A stretch of 64,000 nucleotides of DNA from the human T2T-CHM13v2.0 reference genome, Homo sapiens, in NCBI RefSeq assembly GCF_009914755.1, contig NC_060925.1; one strand, written 5' to 3'. The notes below the pieces were generated by a model that made no database searches, was not told the DNA's origin, and worked only from the letters and a program-made list of their open reading frames with translations. Shown here piece after piece: positions 38,215 to 56,044 of this stretch. Within the stretch, counting starts at the first letter, position 1, and the number at the start of each line of letters is the position of its first letter. The translations under genes were made by a program, and so were the position numbers.

Positions 38215-38696
38215 GTATGTATTTGTTTTATATAGGATATGTCCAAAGATATGATTCTGTGGAAAAATCATAAGTAAAAAAAAAGACATGGGGTTAAGTG
38301 TGAACCTGAAACATCTGTTTTCAAATAAACTAGACCTTCTCTGTTACCACATAAACGTTCTGCTAATAAGGAGGGTAGTAGAATGAGCAAAGGATGGGGC
38401 ACAGATTAGGGTAAGAAGGATAGGCAGTAAAGGAATACCAAGAAATAGACAAGATGGAGATATATGAATAAATGTCTTATGAATTCTCTTTAGAGGAAGA
38501 TTTGAAACCTAATACAAAAATTTAGGGTATTTTTATCTATGTTATCTATAATGGTAGGTAAAGTACATTTTTATCAATTATTACATATTTTGAAATTTAT
38601 TATTAATATTAAGGCTTTATTATATATGTGCCCTAATTACTTATGCTTTCTTTATAAAATCCAAATTAAAAATATTTTAAATATAACATTAAATAG

Positions 38697-41600
38697 ACAT
38701 CAAAATCAAGGAGACTTCAAATCAGTACTTCAGTGAATATGCTTTTGCTCAGAGTTGGGGGTTCTTTACAAAATCCTGCCAAAAGGCATACCATCCTGAC
38801 AAAGACATTGTAAACTACATAGTGCCAAATAAATGTAAAGGATTTCTGTAGATAAGCATGGAAAAACATTCTCTTTATACAAGGCTATTATTTTATTTTG
38901 TATTTAATTGGCTTACATCTTGCCCAGTGAAAGGTGGTTTAAGAGCCAACAAATGGGTTTAAAAAGGTAATCTCAGAAAGAAAGCCAGAGTTTGTAAACT
39001 AAGGTAACTATTCTGAATAAACAAATTGTGTCATGCATTCAGCTATGTGAACGTCTAGACGTTTCAGAGAAAACTGAGAAATAGTCTCCTCTCTTGGCTC
39101 TTTCTCTAATACTTAACAATTGATGGTTTATTTCATAAAGTTAATGTCTATGTAGGGATAATTTATTCAAATATCAAGTGCTTAAAAGGACTACATGTCG
39201 AAGTATTCCATATCCTATATTGTAGTCTCATTGCATTGTTTATAGGGATTGATAAGGAAACCATTGGGGCACTATCAGTGATTAAAAAATGATGAAGAAA
39301 CATCTAAGTCATCTGCTAACATTACTTTCCAATACAAGAGAGATAATTTTAACATAACAGTTTTATGATATATTCCCTAAGAGATATAGGCTTATTTTAA
39401 AATACACCTTTTAGACACAAATATAAGATGGGAGATATTTTTAGTCATGCAGGACTTTATGTGGATCATCAATTGGAGCAAAAAGAAGCAAAGGAAAAAC
39501 AGAAGTTAAGCCATGGACTTAGCAAATCCACCTGGTGGACAAACTTTTCATTTTCTGCTTCACCATCCTGCAAGCTCACATTCTGTCAGCACATGTGTGA
39601 TGCTAGAGCTTGTCTCAATGCGTTTGCACTTCCCTGCACCTGTGGATCACCATCAGGCCAATCGCAAAAATGCCTTCCCTACAGCTTTACTTGAAGACGT
39701 TGCAATTTATTCAGGCCTAATGAGGTAAAAGAGAAAAGCCTCTGGGACCATCTGCTCCTGCTCCTAAAAACTGGACATTTTCTTTTTTTATCTCAACAAT
39801 TACCTTCTTCTGTTATTAATATACAATAAAATGTGAAACTTAGGACTCATGGGTGCCCTTAGTTAGCCAAAATAATGATAGTTCCATGGACAAGGTGAAT
39901 AATGGCTAAGTTGGTTGAAGATATGCTGCTTTTCAATCACAGTGATTGTCACTCTGTTTCTGTAATACCTAGATGCAGGAACAAAAATTCTTCTCAGTAG
40001 GTGCTAAGTAGAATGCTTCAGTTACAAGGTGGCTGAATATGTTTCATCATTATGCAAGAGAATGGAATTTGAGTAAAAGAACATTGAGATTATAGTCAAG
40101 ATACTATGATGCTAGAATAGTGAAAAAGGTCATGAGAGACTGATCGACAATTTAAGCCTCAGACAAAATACATCCTGTTAATACCAAGGTTATTTCTCTA
40201 AATAATCACTACAAATAATACACTGTGATACTCTGTTGTCTCTGAGAGAGGATTAAAAGTTTAGATCCATATTGTCTTACCAAGGAGATTTACAAACATC
40301 AAAAAGAGTGCCAAAATATTATTCACTGGATCTTGGAAAGATTAATTTTACAAAACTTTCTCAGTTGCAGAATTCACTGTTAACAGATCTTTGCCTATGG
40401 GAAGTAAAAGCTACAGTTACACCATAGTAAATTAGGAGTCAAACCAAAATGATACATGGGGCATTTCTTTTACCATAATATTGAAAGCACATACAGAAGA
40501 TGTCATAATTGATCTGAGAAATTATTGTGTGCATGTGGCAGAGAATAGTTTATAATGACTCAGCTAATTAATCTTAGAATTACATGTTACATGTTTATAC
40601 TAAAAATATAGATATCCATTTACTATGTATATGTACACATATAGCATATAATATAATATAACATATAAGTACTTTCACATTTATGTATTGTGTGCATATG
40701 TGTGTATGTGTGTATCAATACACAGAAAAGCATTCCTAGTTACAATACATATGGGAAATCTTTGTCCATGATTCAACTGCAGTTTTTCTGTGATGCCCTT
40801 CTTTTCAACCTCTTTTATTCACCCTACCCGGATGACTGTTCACTTTTTTTCTTGGCAGTCTCGTCACTGCCAGTTCATGCTTTTAAGTGACAGCAAAAAC
40901 AGAACTCAAGTGTGTTTATGTATTTTCTTACATGCATGCCTTTCCTTATTAGACTGCAAACATCTCCAGAGCACAAATCATATTCATTCATCCTTGTGAC
41001 AGAGTGTTTAATGCTTTCAAAGTGCTCAACAATTATTTGTAATTAATTGCCATACTTATTGAATATTTAATAAGCACCTACTAAGTACCAGATACAGTGT
41101 GAAGCACTGGGGCTACACTGCTGGGCAAAATAAACATGACTTAGGTGCTACTAAAAAGTATAGAAATTTATGAAAGCAAAATACTTGACTCTGATGGTCA
41201 TTCAGGTAAGTCTTTCCTGAGGAAGTAGGTTTGGAGTTGAAAATGAATTTTATGTAAAATTTAATTAGGTAAAAAGTGAAAAAGCATGCCTAAGGCTTTT
41301 GGGTGGAAAGAAGCATGGCTTCCTTGAGGAATTTTAACTTCAACAGACTTAAGGGCATTTTTTTAATCCATCCAATTAAATGAGCATTACAGTAGATTTA
41401 CTCCACATAAAGCCTCTATCCATTGCTTTGCACTACTGAAAATCTGTACTAGTTTTTGCAATGTGTGAACAACTGGTTTTTCTTTCAGTTGTTAGTATAG
41501 TGCTGTTTCGACTTTCAAAAGGCACATGTAGGTAGACTATAAGAAGGCTCACTGACATCTAAGAGGCAAGCTGCCTGCTGTTGTCTTTGTGCAGTAGTCA

Positions 41601-41856
41601 AGATCCAACCTGACTTGTCCAGTTGTCAAGCTCCAACCTGAAATTTTTCTTATAAGTGTTCTAACATGGTTATTCTGCTCAACTTGCAGAGCATCCTTCC
41701 TTTTCAGGTCACCACAGAGCAGCTTCTTTGGGGTTCCCCTGTTATTCTTCCTCCACACATGTCCAGCTCAGGACCCCGAGAGGCAACAGGCATTGTTTAA
41801 TACTGGTGAACTGGCTACAATCCAGAAACTTGTCTTGCCATTTGACCAAAAGAATG
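38697..41856 (+). pseudogene. Fossil exons 38697-38834, 39575-39724, 40285-40403, 41708-41856
   Basis: Each has an open frame of 39-50 codons between AG and GTAAA; 40285 exon ends FTKLSQLQNSLLTDLCLWE (recalled RGS22 FQRFVALKGDLLENGLLFWQE); 41708 has ALFNTGELATIQKLVLPF. Confidence 0.5.
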
Positions 41857-42738
41857 GTAAAATATAAGAATCAGATGATACTATTAAAGTGGTAAGATAA
41901 CCCGAATGAAAAAGTACCTGGCAGAGAGTCGACACTGAAATAAAATGATTAATGTAATTTTTAAATAAAACAATATCTAGTATTATAAAATACAATTGCT
42001 CTGTAACTTGCTTTGTAATTTCAAAATGTACTAATAATACATTTAGTATATAGGTCCCTGAATAATCAAAATATATGTTGTAACACCCAGGAATTCACAA
42101 TCCATAGAAATGTATGCATGTTCATGAAATGAAAGCACTCCACAACAATATCCTGACTGTCCAATCACTGTCTCTTTTTGTTTTGTATGCTTCTAAAAGT
42201 TATAACTAGTTATTTGTGTATATCTATCTCTCCTTTTAACATATAAGCACCATAAAGGCTTAGAGCTCTATCCCGGTCCCTACCTAAGTGCTGGACAATA
42301 GTAATAGTAATAGTTGCCTATAATAACTGCCATTGATCAAGTCTTAACTATTTTTCAGGTACTATTCTAAGCAATTTTCATGTATGAGCCCATTATTCCT
42401 TAATGCCTTAAAAGTTTGATTTCAGTTCCAATTGAAAGAATAAGAGTGCTCCATGTTGTCTGTTCCACTAAATACAGTTATGAAATCTGGATAAAATTTA
42501 AGGAGCAGCTCTTTGAGGACTCTAAAAAGTAAGTAAGAGGCCAGATAAAGAAGACTAAAATTTGCATCACAACTGAATTTGTATTGACTTTACCACATTT
42601 TTTCCTCCTCTAGTATCCCCTGGCTTGGACTTAATACAGCTGCAATCCCAGATATGACCATTCATTTGGAGAGAATGTCAGGAGAATCCTAGTTTTCTCC
42701 CTATTAAAAGACTTGAATTCCTACTTAAGAGTCTTTCA

Positions 42739-45874
<3,136 letters not shown>

Positions 45875-46129
45875 AAGAGTCTTTCAAAAAAGAGGAAATC
45901 TTCTGGCCCAATGTTCATTAGTGAATTCTATCAAACATGTTTTTTAAAAAGTAATACCAATTCTACTTATTCTTTTTCAGAAAAATGGAAGAGGAAGCAA
46001 CACTTCTCAACTTATTATATGAGGCCAGCATTGCCTAGTTATCAAAACCAGATATAGTATAAGAAAAAAATCTATAGACCATTAAAATGCAAATTTTAAT
46101 AGAGTACTAGAAAATTGAACCTATCAATA

Positions 46130-46302
46130 CAGTTGACCCTTGAGCAACATGGGTTTCAACTACATGGATCCACTTATATTAGGATTTTCTTCTGCATTTG
46201 CCACCTTTGAGAACAATCTTTCTCTTGCCACCTCTTTCTCAGTTTACTAAATGTGAAGACGACGAGAATGAAGACCTTTATGATTACCCATTTTAACTTA
46301 AT
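46130..46302 (+). mobile_element. Tigger2-type fragment
   Basis: TA + cagttgacccttga.. TIR; gaagacgacgagaatgaagacctttatga. Confidence 0.8.
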
Positions 46303-46304
46303 TC

Positions 46305-47790
46305 AGTGAAGCTTTTCTGTAAGATACTGCAATGGTAGCTACATATCATTATACATTTGTCAAAATTGGTAAAATATACAAGACTAAGAATGGTCCCTAA
46401 GGAAAACTATGGACTTTGGGTGACAATAATGAGTCAATATAGATTCATGGGTTATAAAAAATACACCACAGTTTTCAGGAATGTTGATAGTGAAGGAGGT
46501 TGTATGTGGGAGGGAACAGTGAGTATGTGGGAACTCTCTGTACTTTTCTCTCAATTTTGCTGTGAAACTTAAACAGCTCTAAAAAAAATAAAATTTATTA
46601 TTTAAAAAAAATCCACCACTAAAAAAAACAAGCAATTCAATTAAAAATAAGCAATAGACTTGAACTGATACTTTACCAAAGAAAACATATGGATAATGAT
46701 AAATGTTATGAAAAGATGTTCAATGCCATTAGACATTATGTCAGTGAAAATGGAAAGAATGATGAGATATAACTGTATCTATGAGAGTGGCTTATATAAA
46801 AGAGGTACTGACAATACCAAATGCCAATGAGAATGCAGAGCAACTATCTCTTACATTGCTGGTAGAAATGCAAAATAGTAGCCTTTCAGGAAAACAGCTT
46901 GACAGTTCTAATAAACATGCACATAATATATGACTCATCAAACTTACTTTTAGATATTTACTCTGGAGAAATGAGAACTTATGCTCACAGAAAACCCATG
47001 TAAGAACATTCTATTTATAATCACTTGAAAGAACTGAAACATCCTTCAATCAGCTAATGAATAGAAAACAACTGAAGTGTCCTCCAATGAGCTAATGGAT
47101 AAAAAAGAAATATTTGTGGTACATCAATACAATGGAATAGTACTCACCTATTTTTAGAAGATGAATGATAGAGGCACACAACTTCTATGAAACTCAAAAG
47201 TAATATGCCGAGTGAAATAAAGACAATCACAGGCTGGGCATGGTGGCTCACGCCTGTAATCCCAGCACTTTGGGAGGCTGAGGTGGGTGGATCACGAGGT
47301 CAGGAGTTGGAGACCATCCTGGCTAACATGGTGAAACCCCGTCTCTACTAAAAAATACAAAAAATTAGCCAGGCGTGGTGGCGGACGCCTGTAGTCCCAG
47401 CTACTCGGGGGGCTAAGGCAGGAGAATGGCATGAACCCGGGAGGTAGAGCTTGCAGTAAGCGGAGACCTGCCACTGCACTCCAGCCTGGGCAACAGAGCA
47501 AGACTCCGTTTCGGAAAAGAAAAAAAAAAAAAGACAATCACAAACATATATGTTTGGTATTATTTCATTTATATAACATCTTCAAAAATACAATAATATA
47601 GAGTTAGGAAACAGAGCAGTGGTCATCATGAGATCATTGTAGGGGAAGGCATAAATTCAAAGGGATAACAGAGAGTGTTTGGGGGTTATGGGACTGATCT
47701 ATATTCTGATTTTCATGATGGTTATACATATGTTAAAATATTAGAACTATACACCAAAAGAAGTGCAACTTACTCTATGTTAATTTTTAT
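46305..47790 (+). mobile_element. L1MC/L1M 3' fragments (interrupted by Alu)
   Basis: aactatggactttgggtga..aattttgctgtgaaacttaaa. Confidence 0.75.
47232..47530 (+). mobile_element. AluY
   Basis: Y-type positions; TSD aaagacaatcaca. Confidence 0.93.
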
Positions 47791-48168
47791 TTATTTTATT
47801 TTTTTTTTATTATACTTTAAGTTCTAGGGTACATGTGCACAACGTGCAGGTTTGTTACATATGTATACATGTGCCATGTTGGTGTGCTGCACCCGTTAAC
47901 TCATCATTTACATTAGGTATATCTCCCAGTGCTATCCCTCCCCCCTCCCCCCACCCCACAACAGGCCCCAGTGTGTGATGTTCCCCACCCCGTGTCCAAG
48001 TGAGTTCTCATTGTTCAATTCCCACCTATGAGTGAGAACATGAGGTGTTTGGTTTTCTTTCCTTGCAATAGTTTGCTCAGAATGATGGTTTCCAGCTTCA
48101 TCCATGTCCTTACAAAGGACATTAACTCATCCTTTTTTATGGCTGCATAGTATTCCTTGGTGTATATG
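47790..48168 (-). mobile_element. L1PA 3' end (~380 bp)
   Basis: 3'UTR sequence; TSD tgttaattttta. Confidence 0.92.
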
Positions 48169-48196
48169 TGTTAATTTTTAATTAATTGATTAATTT

Positions 48197-48414
48197 TCAA
48201 TTTTATTTTTGAGACAAGGTCTTGCTCTGTTATCCAGGCTGAAGTGTAGTGGCATGATCATGGCTCACTGCAGCCTCGGCCTCCTGGGCTCAAGAGATTC
48301 TCCCACCTCTCCCAGCCTCCAGAGTAGCTGAAACTATAGGCATACACCACCATGCCCAGATAATTTTTTTAAATTTTTTTGTAAAGACAGAATCCTACTG
48401 TGTTGTCCAGGCTC
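48197..48414 (-). mobile_element. AluJ fragment
   Basis: Right arm plus part of left. Confidence 0.88.
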
Positions 48415-48704
48415 ACATGCTAGTTTAATAAAAAAAAACAAAATGAAACTCTATGAATTTGATGAAATTATTATTCTCAATTTATTCCTAAGTGAAGTTA
48501 AAATGTTTTCCCAAGGTCACCTAACCAGTATGCATTAGGCTCAGTAATCAACCTGAAATAGTCAGATTCCATGAGTTATACTCACGCAGTAGAGAGAAGT
48601 TTCATAAATTATTGTTGAATTAGTGCAGCAGGCAACGAAGAAGCAATGAATCAAAAGTCTAATTACTTTGGACTCTGTTGCCAACATGTTCATCTACCTG
48701 GCAG

Positions 48705-48729
48705 GAATTCTCCCAAGGACCTCAGTTAA
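48705..48729 (+). pseudogene. Candidate 25-nt exon ILPRTSV
   Basis: cctggcag acceptor, gtaagt donor. Confidence 0.35.
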
Positions 48730-49656
48730 GTAAGTCAATAGATCCAGGTCAAACAAGACAGAGGGCTATTTTTGAAAACACAGATCCCGATACAACAGCA
48801 ACAATAGTACTAGTAAAGGTAAAGAAAGATTGGAGATAACCCAACTTATTCATTGACTCCCACAGGCACCTGCAACTCCCTTAAGCTCTGCCTCAGGGGG
48901 ATGTAGGAAGGCCACACCAGAGCTCAAATATGTCAATCTTTCCCAGTCAGTAGTCAATGAAGTAAAGTAAAACTATGAGAACTGCTTACAGACAGTTTTA
49001 TGAGATAATGTTTTCAAATTATATATATATATTCATACATACACATATGTACAATTATATATGTAAAATGTATACACATATATACACACATAGCCACTAT
49101 GCTATATGATTTAATCTAAAATAATAAAAAGGAAATATTTTCAAAATAATAATTCTAGAATGATTTAGATTGTTTTTAAAAAGTAACAGAGCATTGACAT
49201 AATTAGAGTTCAATCACTGTTTAGATGATAGAATTTTAATCTATGAATAGAATAATGAAGAATCCAACCTGGAAGTGTATTAAAATAAAGACTCTAACAT
49301 CAGAACATCTTTTAATGGATATCACCACAGTTATTGGACAAAGGTGAAAAAAATTATTATTGCAATTTATATAATTTTTAAAACTTTTCATGTAATTCCT
49401 GAAGCTAATTTAAGCATTCATAACATTCTTATGCAAAGTGCTCTGTTATATATAAAGGTATTCCCTATAATATGATTAAGAACAACTAAAAATAAAGTAT
49501 ACTTTATACTTTGCTCAAGAAACTATGACCTCCTTTTTCATTTGTTAAATGCACAGTCTCATTTCTCCCTCAAAGTCTTTGCCTTTGTTGTTTCTTCCAT
49601 TAATCTCTGCTTGATGGTCTTTTTCTACATCCAAGTTTTAGCTCAGATGTCAACAA

Positions 49657-50150
49657 ATGGTGGAAATTTATTATTTCTTTTTGGCTGCCCAATATTTGAA
49701 CTTCCAATCTGGCCATACCTCATATGGATCTTGACTGGTGACTGGGCTCCACAGCATACAATGGAGGGGAGGGAGAAGCAACACACATTCCTTCTCTTTG
49801 TTCCATGAGAACCAGTGTATGAGAACCACACTTAGGTTTCAGCAATCAGAGGCTGTGGCTTTAGGCTTTTGAGTATGAAGAAGTTACACAAAGCTGCAGG
49901 AATAGACAGAGACCATCTCTGTCAATGCCAGTGGTGGAGTAGGAATGGAATCAAGCATTCAGTAGTAAAGCTACCAGCAGTGGTCTCCTAAGCCACAGAC
50001 AATCTTGTGGTGTGACCTGAGCAGTTCCCTGCTTTCTGGTCTTTTTTCGTTTTGACAGTCTCCAATACTGGTTCTTCACAATACCCATTAATGTCGTTAG
50101 CTATCCACATACATTTTTTTCTCTAATAAAATTATCTATAGCTGACTGTT
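49657..50150 (+). mobile_element. Old ERVL-type LTR relic
   Basis: tgtggaaattt..ttggctgccca start; family uncertain. Confidence 0.4.
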
Positions 50151-50569
50151 ATTGCTGGGATTTTAGGATCCTCAAAGATGTGCATCCCTTCAGAGGTGCT
50201 GTGTAGGCTCTTTTTCTTCTTTCTCTCTCTCCCCCTTTCCCCGCCCCCTCTGTCTCCCCTTCCCCTCCTCATTTTTCTTTCAGCCTTGTCCTCCTCTAAG
50301 GTTAATTCATTTATATAATTGTATATGGTGAGTTTCTCCTCATTTGACTATCAGCAACACAATCTTCTCAATGAACATCAACTCCATTAGAGTGGAGAGC
50401 TCAACTGTTCTATTACCAATAATAAACCACCAGCCCCTCTACATGAGAGCCTAGTCCACAGTAAGCTCCAAATAAATATTTACTGAAGAAGAGGATACTA
50501 CTTGTAAACTATTTTGCAAATACATTTTATATATAAATGGTGAATAAATCATAATAAAATTATATGAAG

Positions 50570-52010
50570 GGAGGGATAAATGAAAAATATATAAACTTCC
50601 TCAATGGGAAGATGAACATTTTTAATTACCATTATATGAATTTATAAATTTAATTCACTTATAATTCAAAAATCAGAAAATTGGGAAATGGCAATTAATA
50701 AGAATAAAAATGCAAGAAATTTTTATTTGACCTATTAGAATATACTATTAGTGATAATAATTAAACTATGTGCTCCTTGAAAATAATATATAAATAAAGG
50801 AATAGAATAAAAAGCTAAAGAAACCATATATATGTAAGAATTTTCATTTTCGATGAAAGAAAGATTCAAAATACTGGCCATATACTAAGCTAAAAATTAA
50901 GAAAAATAGATTCAATTATTTTAGACAGAAAAGTAATATAAAATTAAAAGCATAAAATAAAGAGGATATATTAATTAATGTTAATCAGATCTCAGAAAAT
51001 CTGAGTGTAGTTATATCATTACTAGTATCAATGAAAAAGAGCTTTCTAAATACAAAGGAGAAGAAAAATATAAAGTGATTGGCAGATTTGACTAGCAAAG
51101 AAGAAAAGATATTGCATGTATAAGAAACCAATAAAAATTACAAATATAAGAAAACTTGGTGAAATAGTTGCAGAATATTTGACAGTCAAATAAAAGTGAT
51201 AGTAGTATATACTGCTTGCTAATTAATAAGAAATAATGAAATAATTTTATAATAGTCAATGCATAAAGACATAAAAGAAATTTACTACAGATAAATAGGA
51301 ACATAGTCAGCCTCCCTACACACCAAAGAAATAAATGAAGCATTTTATATGTTATATTTGGTAAAGTTAGAAAAATCATATGATGACTTTAGATTGAAAC
51401 ATATCCAACTGCCATTTTTCTGTTAGTCAAAAAATCTTTTGAATACTGGCAACTTCATATGTTCCAAATCATACCCTACCATGCATTGTCAATTCCCTTT
51501 TCTGAAAGAAACTGAAAATAAAATAAAATAAATATTTTGATCATTTTAAAATAATTATAAGGAAATATAAGAAATATATACATAATTTTTGTACAAATAT
51601 GCCTTTTTGTGTAATGTCATTACTAATATCAATGAAAATTAAAATGTAATAAAGACAATTAAAATATTTTCATAGAAATATAAAGTCACAAAATGATGAC
51701 ACACCTTAAGACACTATTCCATACTGAAGGGAAAAATTAATGATACTAACTGCAAAAAATACAATTTTGCCTATATTGAAAGTAAAAAAAATATGTAGGT
51801 AGATAGATGATGAAAGAATATTATAATAAGAATGTTAGGGAACAAGACAAAATATTAATGGAAGAAGTGGAACTTAAAATAAATATACATGCTAAAATTA
51901 CTATGGCACATTAAACTGGGCTTAGTATGTATACTAGAGTTATAGGTTATTTATATTTTCTACTTGATTTTATTTTCTACTTTCTGTCCAATGAATAAAT
52001 ATTACTTTTC
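50570..52010 (+). mobile_element. Highly decayed L1M
   Basis: A-rich, scattered ORF2/3'UTR motifs. Confidence 0.5.
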
Positions 52011-52709
52011 TAACGAGAGCAAAAATGAACAGTATAAGGAACAATGATAATGCAAAACTGTCTAGACAGTTAAATATATAGTATTTAATCGTATGTGAAT
52101 AAATCTTTTTCTTGAATTTTATTCAAGGAACTTTTAAATATAACTATCTTTGAGAAGGTGGATTGGACGATATTCAAGGGTGGAAGTTGGAAAGGAGAAA
52201 TTTTTATTTTTATACTATACTCTATTTTATTTTGTAATATACTCTGTTTTATACTATACTCTAAATTTAATACAAAATCATGTACATGGCTTACTTTTAT
52301 TTTGTTAATGTTATGCAAATTTCTGTTGTAGATTTTAAATACCATAAATGGTGATAATAAAAAAAAAGTAGTTAAGCAGCCTATATTCATGCTTTTTAAG
52401 TGGTTTGGATTGTGTGAAAATATTCCTTGATCTATCCCACTTTACAAAAGTTGTATCAATTGAGTTCAGATATTACAATGACTCATAATTTATTTCATTC
52501 ACATTTTTATACATTCTTCAACCACAGACAAAAATGCTCACTCTTAATTTGATTCTTTACATGGTATGTTCTTAATTTTGTTATTCTGAATAGTAATTGT
52601 CAATCAGTGCAAAAATTTGACATAGGAATGGCTTTTAACCTGACAAAAAAAATGGAATTAATACAGCCAACTACCTCTTCAACTATGATTCACCCTTTAT
52701 TGTCTCCAG

Positions 52710-52756
52710 AGACTTAGTTCATATTGTGGAGTGCGATGGAGGCAGGTTTTTCAAAG
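52710..52756 (+). pseudogene. Fossil exon RLSSYCGVRWRQVFQ
   Basis: Acceptor ctttattgtctccag, consensus donor AAG|gtgagt; matches recalled RGSL1 C-terminal RFTLLRGIEWLQ. Confidence 0.6.
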
Positions 52757-52903
52757 GTGAGTGTACCAAAGTAGAAGGAATACTTGTCATTTTATAGCTG
52801 TTCCAAGAAAAATATTAAAAATTGCCAATAATTGGACAAGACATTGTAGTGATATAGTCTAACAATAACTTGAATGTTAACTACATTAAATATAGTGGGC
52901 TTC

Positions 52904-53267
<364 letters not shown>

Positions 53268-53619
53268 TCATCTTGTTTTCTTACCTCATTTTCTCCTTTC
53301 CTTATATTCTTCCTTATCTCTTTATTTCTTCTTTTGCTTCTATTCTTGTCCTTTCTCTCCCTCTCCCTCCATCTTATTCCTCCTCCTTTGCTTCAGCCTC
53401 CTCTTCCTTCGCTTCCTTTAGTGTTATCTATGGCTATAGGCTTCTAATTATGATGTGCTAGAAGTTTTATGTTTTAAAATAGCTTTTACTGTTAATATTG
53501 TTTGCTAGACTGGTAAAATTAAATAAATGCTTGATGGGGAAACCAATTATTATTGCATTATCTTATCAATGTCCACTTTTTTGTTATTAGATATGCATAC
53601 ATACATAAAAGGGGGAAGA

Positions 53620-54330
53620 AACCTCCTCCTTACAACATAATGCCAAATAATAAATATTGAATGAATGATAGGATTTGAAAATTATCAATGGAAACTAAAA
53701 CTAGTAAGTGAATGTTTGATTAGAAACAGATTATTTATATAGCCTCCAAGTACTTCCCCACAAATTACATATCAATTACAAAGAGAAAAATATTAATTCC
53801 ATAGTGGAGAAATCTAGCCATTGCTACCTTAACAAAAGTTGTATCAATTGAGTTCACTGATCACTAAGTGATCAAAATTGTCACTTCCAAAACAGATAAA
53901 AATCAACATCATGTCACCCTTGAAATAATGCTCTGAGAAAAGTACATTCCCACTTCTGAAGTAACCCTGTTAAAAATATGTAACCTGAATTTATTTATGA
54001 GGAAACATCACACAAACCCTGCATAAGGGGATTCTACAGATAAAGGGGTTACCCTATTTTAAAACGTCACCGTCAAGGAAGGTAAAGAAATGCTAATGAA
54101 TCATTTCAGAATAAAAGAAATAAAATGGACATGAAAATTAAATGCAATGTCTTATCCTGGATTGAATTGTGGAAACAGAAATATCTATAAAAGAATATTA
54201 TTGTAACTGTACAAGCTGAATAAAACTGTGGATTAGATAAATGTATTTTATCAATGTTAAATCTCCTGGTTGTGATCATGGTATTGTGGTATGTAAAACA
54301 ATGTAAAATGTATAGTTCTTTTTATTATTT
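53620..54330 (+). mobile_element. L1MC4-like 3' end
   Basis: cacaaattac..aattacaaag..agtggagaaa motifs. Confidence 0.7.
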
Positions 54331-55083
54331 TTACAATATTTCTATAAATTTTATATTGTAATATAATAAAAATTATTCCCAAATGGCATTTTATAGACTT
54401 GTCTTTCTAAGAAAAATGATGAATAAACCCCAAAATTATTTTCTTTCAGTATCAGAAAATACTTGCTTTTAAGTTGGGAATATCTTATACAGATATTGCC
54501 TTTAAAAGTAACAACCACAAGTTTTAAAAAAAACACAAATAAAAATAAATTTTCCTTTTTTAATCCTAAAAATTTAGTTGAGGTCTTTAATAAGTCAAAT
54601 CTCAGAAAATAACACTTTCATGATTATGATATGACCCCTTCCCAAATAAATTTTATAACAAACAGGATGTAATTTTAGTAAAACTTTAAATTTGAGCAGA
54701 AGGGCATAACACTTTAAGTTCTCTAATTTGATTTTTTAAAATAAATGTATTTATAAAAGCAACCCCAGGGCAATTGTTATAGTTTATAGGAGTCTAAAAT
54801 TAAAATTGCATTAATTATTTAATTACAAATTTTATTTATTATCATCCTTGGATGTTTTTCCTTCAAAGACGTAGGTTGGAATTTCAAGACATAAACAATT
54901 TTAAAAGTAGTTATTTAGCTTAAATTTAAAGACAATTTTTTTCTAGAATAGTAACAAAAAGTGTATTTACACTTTTTAATTTCAAAGTTTGTAGCTAAAA
55001 AAAGAAATGTTTTATGGGTGATTTTGAGCTATAAAAAGCATTGCTTTCTAATTTAAACACTAAGAGGAGTCTCATTTTCCCAG

Positions 55084-56044
55084 AGGTAGCCAAAGTTATT
55101 TAAGGCTTTTTATACTCATCACTGAAGCCAAAGGAGTCTCTCTACATGAAGGAAGTGGATAAGAAAAGGTATCTGTTTTATGAAAGAAAAGGAAAAAATA
55201 GATTTAGCCCATAGAGAAAGCTTGTGGGAAAAGGCCCGATGTTAAATTGTTAAATAGAATAAAATGGATTTCCATAATAGCTTTTGGAGAAGAAAATCAA
55301 ACTTACTACTTTTTTAAGTCATTAGCTACTAGAGATGAAGTCTTCATATTATCTTAACCATTGCATTAATGCTTTTTTTACATACAGTTTTGTCTAACTA
55401 ACAAAAATAGAAAAATATGAGGTTAAACATGTAGGTTTTTATCAGGGCCAGCTTCTTGGGTATATGTACCTTCTGCAGTTACACAAGGCATTACTCTTAG
55501 AAGGGCCCCAAGCTTGGTTTACAACTCTGATCTTCCTGTATGGAACTTCTTAATATTTTATAATAAGGAGGACATGCGCTTTTATTTTGCACTGTGTTGC
55601 ACACATTGTGTAGCTGATTTGAATTCCTATTCTTTTAGCCTTTATATCATCATCAACTGTGCCTCAAAATTTCAGTCTTTGTCTGGTAAACAGATTTAGT
55701 TTATATCAAATAGATAATTTGTCTACGTGAAATTGTTGATGAGTTTTTCACATTTAACTTTACAATTTTGCCTGTAAACATTTTGAAATTTATTTTCGCC
55801 TTAGATTTTGGTATTGGTTTGTTTGTTTCTTCTAATCTTCTGCCTTCTAAGGGCAGAAAAGTAGCTTTCTAGAAAAATAAAAACAAAATATCTGAGAGCA
55901 AGGAAACCAGATGTGACTCTGACAGTGGAGTTGTTTGCTTTAAAGAAGGAAACATGTCTAAAAGAGAGTACTCAGAATCAAAAATACCCACCACAGGAAC
56001 TGTAACCCAGTAAAATACCACTGAACCTACCTGAAACTTCATAG
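55084..56044 (+). pseudogene. Candidate last exons 55084-55168 and 55852-~56044
   Basis: Acceptors cattttcccag and ttctgccttctaag; Lys-rich near-open frames. Confidence 0.35.
55443..55621 (+). mobile_element. MER91A-like hAT element
   Basis: cagggccagcttc..agaagggcccc..ttttgcactg. Confidence 0.75.

Noticed and set aside
37488-38254. GC-richer ORFs of 98-149 aa
   Set aside because: Lie within the LTR1 solo LTR; not protein-like.
50284-50327. AG..gtgagt exon-like segment
   Set aside because: The acceptor comes from a CT-rich tract in an L2-like context; no family motif.
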